Origin: Alphaproteobacteria bacterium
GTDB lineage: Bacteria > Pseudomonadota > Alphaproteobacteria > JANSWW01
NCBI GenBank assembly: GCA_024743275.1
Contig: JANSWW010000007.1
Coordinates: 4,256 to 68,255 of the forward strand
DNA: 64,000 nucleotides
Direction: 5' to 3'
A program made the position numbers and the translations under genes. The notes below the pieces were generated by a model that saw only the letters and a program-made list of their open reading frames with translations, made no database searches and had not been told where the DNA came from. Of this stretch, positions 60,709-64,000 are shown piece by piece (the stretch's first letter is position 1; each line of letters starts with the position of its first letter).

Positions 60709-60760
60709 CGTCTCTCGGGGGCGTCTCTCGGGGGCGTCTCTCGGGGGCGTCTCTCGGGGG
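60709..60760. repeat. Four perfect tandem copies of a 13-bp unit CGTCTCTCGGGGG in the convergent intergenic region
   Basis: Seen directly in the sequence immediately 3' of ptsN. Confidence 0.7.
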
Positions 60761-60765
60761 AGCCT

Positions 60766-61227
60766 CTAGGCCGCGTCGTCGATCCTGGGTGCCAGGATCT
60801 CGTGGGCCGCGGCGGCGGTGAGCGCTTCCCGCAGGCACCCGCAGACCTCCTGGTCGCGCAGGCACCGGGAGACCTTGGCCAACGCCTTCAAATGATCGCC
60901 GCCCTCGTCCTCCGGGGCCAGCAGCAGGAAAACGAGATCGACCGGCTCATCGTCGACGGCGTCGAAATCCACTGGGTCGGTCAACCTGGCGAACACCCCA
61001 TAGACCGTGTCGAGACCTTCGAGCCGGCCATGGGGAATGGCGATGCCTTTCCCCACACCGGTGGACCCGAGACGCTCCCGCTGCAGCAGGGTGTCGAGGA
61101 TGACCCGTTTTTCGATATTGGTTTTCTCGGCCGCGATGGTGGCGAGTTCGATAAGGACCTGCTTTTTGGTCGTCGCCTTGAGATCGACGACGACCTGTTC
61201 CGGCCCCAGAAATTCTCTGAGTGGCAT
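60766..61227 (-). CDS. ptsN: PTS IIA-like nitrogen-regulatory protein
   Basis: EIIA-Ntr fold with conserved GIAIPHG phosphorylation-site histidine; located in the rpoN locus. Confidence 0.85.
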   Translation of the reverse strand: MPLREFLGPEQVVVDLKATTKKQVLIELATIAAEKTNIEKRVILDTLLQRERLGSTGVGKGIAIPHGRLEGLDTVYGVFARLTDPVDFDAVDDEPVDLVFLLLAPEDEGGDHLKALAKVSRCLRDQEVCGCLREALTAAAAHEILAPRIDDAA

Positions 61228-61312
61228 TGCCCGTACTCTGGTTGTCTCACATACCGGGAGCGTTAAGGCGCCCCTCTTATGCCTTTCCAGTTCGATTTAC
61301 GAGTCTTGAGTT

Positions 61313-61876
61313 TTACGACTCGTCCGGATCGATCCAGCCGATATGGCCGTCCCGGCGCCGATATACAACGTTAAGGCGCTTGTTGCCCGCGTTTTTGAAC
61401 ATCAAGACGGGAAGATCGCCAAGATCGAGGCGCATTGCCGCATCGGCGGGAGCCAGGATCGGGATCTCGGTCTGCTGGTCGGCAACGATGGTGGCCTGCG
61501 CCTCCGCCGGCGGCTGCTCTTCGGTGGCGGTCTCCTCGATCGGGAACATGTAGTAGCGGGCCGGGGACGCATCGGTGGGGCCCTTATGCTCCTTCAGCTT
61601 CCGATGATAGCGGCGCAGACGCTTCTGAACCCGGTCGAGCGCCTGGTCGAACGCGGCGTAGACGTCGTTCGCTTCGCCCGAGGCCCGCATGTCGATCCCA
61701 CGGTGCACATGAATGTTGATGTCCGCCTTGAACATCGCCCGCTCCTTGGCGAAGACGACCGAGGCGTTCAACGGATCGGAAAAGTATTTTTCGCTGGCTG
61801 CGGCGATTCCGGACTCGGCATGGCTGGTGAGGGCTTCACCCACATCCATCTGACGACCGCTGACAGAAACATTCAT
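61313..61876 (-). CDS. hpf: Ribosome hibernation-promoting factor (long form)
   Basis: RaiA/HPF N-domain (MNVSVSGRQMDVGEALTSHAE...), C-terminal dimerisation domain. Confidence 0.85.
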   Translation of the reverse strand: MNVSVSGRQMDVGEALTSHAESGIAAASEKYFSDPLNASVVFAKERAMFKADINIHVHRGIDMRASGEANDVYAAFDQALDRVQKRLRRYHRKLKEHKGPTDASPARYYMFPIEETATEEQPPAEAQATIVADQQTEIPILAPADAAMRLDLGDLPVLMFKNAGNKRLNVVYRRRDGHIGWIDPDES

Positions 61877-61957
61877 TTTTACCTCCTCCCGCGCCCTCTT
61901 GCGCGGCCCATGTGCGAAGCGGCGAATATGCCACCCCCCTTATATTGGCGCCATAGA

Positions 61958-63475
61958 TCAGCGACCGAGATTTTTGTCCCGGCGGCGTTGGACCGAGGAG
62001 GGGATCTTCATCGCCTCCCGGTATTTGGCGACCGTTCTGCGGGCGATGTCCACCCCTTCCGCCCGCAGGATGTCGACAATCTTGTCGTCGGAGAGGATCT
62101 TTTTCGGATCCTCGCCATCGATCAGGTTCTTGATCTTGTCCCGGACCGCCTCGGCGGAATGGGTGATACCGCCCTCCCCGCCCAAGGCGGCGGTGAAGAA
62201 GAACTTCAGCTCATAGGTTCCGCGGGGGCTGGCGAGATATTTGTTGGTGGTGACCCGGCTCACCGTGCTCTCGTGCATGCCGATCGCGTCGGCGACGTCG
62301 CGCAGGACCAGGGGGCGGAGATTTTGCACGCCGTAATGGAAGAAGAGATCCTGCTGACGGACGATCTCGCTTGAGACCTTCAAGATGGTCGTCGCCCGCT
62401 GATGCAGCGATTTGACCAGCCAGTTCGCCGATTGGAACTGCTCGGAGATGTACTCCTTGTCGTCCTTGGTGCGGGCCCCCTTGGTGACCGTGGCATAGTA
62501 GCGTTGGTTGACCAGGACCTTCGGCAGGTTGTCGGTATTGAGTTCGACATGCCATTGGCCGTCCTGACCCGCCCGCACGAAAACATCCGGGATCATCGTC
62601 TCGCTGGCCACGTGAAGGAATTGCAGCCCCGGCTTGGGATCGAGCGTCCGAATCTCCTGGATCATCTCCACCAGCTCGTCCTCGTCCACCTTGCAGAGCT
62701 TGCGAAGCCCGGCAAAATCCCGCTTGGCGAGCCGGTCTAGATTCTGCACCAGGGCGGCCATGCACGGATCCCAGCGGTTGCGGTCGCGCAGCTGCAGTTC
62801 CATGCACTCCGCAAGAGAGCGGGCGAAGATGCCGGGCGGATCCAGAAGTTGGAGACGACCGAGCGTGGCCTCCACCCGGTCTTCCGGACAGGAGAGCTGC
62901 TCCGCGATCGGTGCGAGATCGCCGAGGAACCAGCCTGTCTCGTCGATCATGTCGATCAGATGGCTCGCGATCAGCCGGTCCACCGGATCGGTGACGTCGA
63001 GCAGCACCTGGTCGGCGAGATGCTCCGACAGGGTCTTGTCGGTCGACAGGGTCTCTTCCAGTCCCCGTTCGTCCAGGTCGAAGGATTGCCGCCCGCCGGT
63101 CCCCTTCCAGTCGGCGAGCCCCGAGTCCACGGAATAGTCCTGGCTCTCACCGCTCGACCAGAGATTCTCCGTGTCCTGGTCCAAACCGCCGCTTGCCCCG
63201 TCGATCATCCCGTCGAACCGGGTCAGGTCGGCGGCGTCTTGCCGGTTCGGATCGATCTCGGCACCGCCCGGGTCGCCGTCGATGCCGAGGCCCTGTTCGA
63301 CGGGCCGGTCGCCGCTTTCGTCGCGTTCCAGAAGCGGGTTGCGCTCCAGCTCGGCCTCGACGAACTCGCCGAGCTCCAAATTGGACAGCTGCAGCAGCTT
63401 GATCGCCTGCTGCAGCTGCGGCGTCATCACCAGCTGTTGGGATTGGCGGAAATCGAGGCGCTGGCCAAGTGCCAT
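61958..63475 (-). CDS. rpoN: RNA polymerase sigma-54 factor
   Basis: Region I MALGQRLDFRQSQQLVMTPQLQQAIKLLQLSNLEL; RpoN box ARRTVAKYRE. Confidence 0.9.
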   Translation of the reverse strand: MALGQRLDFRQSQQLVMTPQLQQAIKLLQLSNLELGEFVEAELERNPLLERDESGDRPVEQGLGIDGDPGGAEIDPNRQDAADLTRFDGMIDGASGGLDQDTENLWSSGESQDYSVDSGLADWKGTGGRQSFDLDERGLEETLSTDKTLSEHLADQVLLDVTDPVDRLIASHLIDMIDETGWFLGDLAPIAEQLSCPEDRVEATLGRLQLLDPPGIFARSLAECMELQLRDRNRWDPCMAALVQNLDRLAKRDFAGLRKLCKVDEDELVEMIQEIRTLDPKPGLQFLHVASETMIPDVFVRAGQDGQWHVELNTDNLPKVLVNQRYYATVTKGARTKDDKEYISEQFQSANWLVKSLHQRATTILKVSSEIVRQQDLFFHYGVQNLRPLVLRDVADAIGMHESTVSRVTTNKYLASPRGTYELKFFFTAALGGEGGITHSAEAVRDKIKNLIDGEDPKKILSDDKIVDILRAEGVDIARRTVAKYREAMKIPSSVQRRRDKNLGR

Positions 63476-63532
63476 GCCTAGCTCCCCATCCCGGCCGAAG
63501 CGGCAAACGGGACGTTGCGGGGCGCGGCAGGC

Positions 63533-64000
63533 TTACAGGGAGAAACGCTCGCCGAGGTAAACACGGCGGACATCCTCATGGTCGACAATGGCCGACGGCG
63601 GCCCTTCCATTAGGACCTGGCCATCGTGGAGAATATAGGCACGGTCGACGATATCGAGCGTCTCGCGCACATTGTGATCGGTGATCAGCACGCCGATGCC
63701 GCGATCCTTCAGATGGGAGACCAGGTCGCGGATATCGCTCACCGCGATCGGGTCGATGCCGGCCAGCGGTTCGTCAAGCAGGATATAGGCGGGGCGGGAA
63801 GCCAGCGCCCGGGCGATCTCGACCCGGCGGCGTTCGCCACCGGACAGCGCCAGGGCCGGCGTGCGCCGCAGGTGGGTGATCGAGAACTCGGCGAGCAGCG
63901 CGTCGAGCATCTCCTCCCGCCGGTCCCGGTTGGATTCCACCAGTTCGATGACCGCCCGAAGATTCTGTTCGACGGTCAATCCCCGGAAGATCGAGGCTTC
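63533..64000 (-). CDS. lptB: LPS export ABC transporter ATP-binding protein, 3' portion (start lies beyond the window end)
   Basis: ABC signature LSGGERRRVEIARAL, Walker B ILLDEP, H-loop; canonical position upstream of rpoN. Confidence 0.85.
   Translation of the reverse strand, partial: EASIFRGLTVEQNLRAVIELVESNRDRREEMLDALLAEFSITHLRRTPALALSGGERRRVEIARALASRPAYILLDEPLAGIDPIAVSDIRDLVSHLKDRGIGVLITDHNVRETLDIVDRAYILHDGQVLMEGPPSAIVDHEDVRRVYLGERFSL

Overview
The window comes from a high-GC (~65%) alphaproteobacterial chromosome, probably an ectoine-producing Rhodospirillales-type organism. It has two parts.

Positions 1 to ~22,400 are an accessory mosaic region with a right-hand junction next to the ectoine aspartokinase gene. 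This region contains:
- A pile-up of insertion sequences: an IS481-family transposase 5' end, then a 5'-truncated IS3 element whose orfB is split by a complete IS256-family element with terminal inverted repeats and an 8-bp target duplication.
- A six-gene, translationally coupled putative defence operon (3133..12444) encoding: the Vsr very-short-patch-repair endonuclease; a Dcm-type cytosine-5 DNA methyltransferase; a MutL/MORC-like GHKL ATPase; a Z1-domain P-loop protein; a PD-(D/E)xK nuclease-fold protein; and an AIPR-family protein. This is the most interesting locus. It is predicted to be restriction-modification-like but, to my knowledge, has not been experimentally characterised.
- An IS66 remnant and a copy of an IS3-type terminal inverted repeat.
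- A low-GC gene for a macro-domain protein with an R-x4-H C-terminal module.
- An IS3/IS407 remnant, an intact IS21-family element (istA/istB) and two paralogous small ORFs.
- A mobilisation/integration module: two hypothetical proteins, a relaxase-like protein, a MobC-like protein, AlpA and a P4-type tyrosine integrase.

Positions ~22,466 to 64,000 are core genome:
- ectA, ectB, ectC and ask (ectoine biosynthesis).
- A PAS/HD-GYP phosphodiesterase, MotA/MotB-like stator genes, two methyl-accepting chemotaxis proteins and two histidine kinases.
- A TAXI-TRAP transporter and an acyl-CoA catabolic cluster.
- An ammonium-transporter/histidine-kinase fusion, and hsp20 with a possible ROSE-type RNA thermometer.
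- The conserved ptsN-hpf-rpoN-lptB locus.

No rRNA, tRNA or CRISPR array was found.
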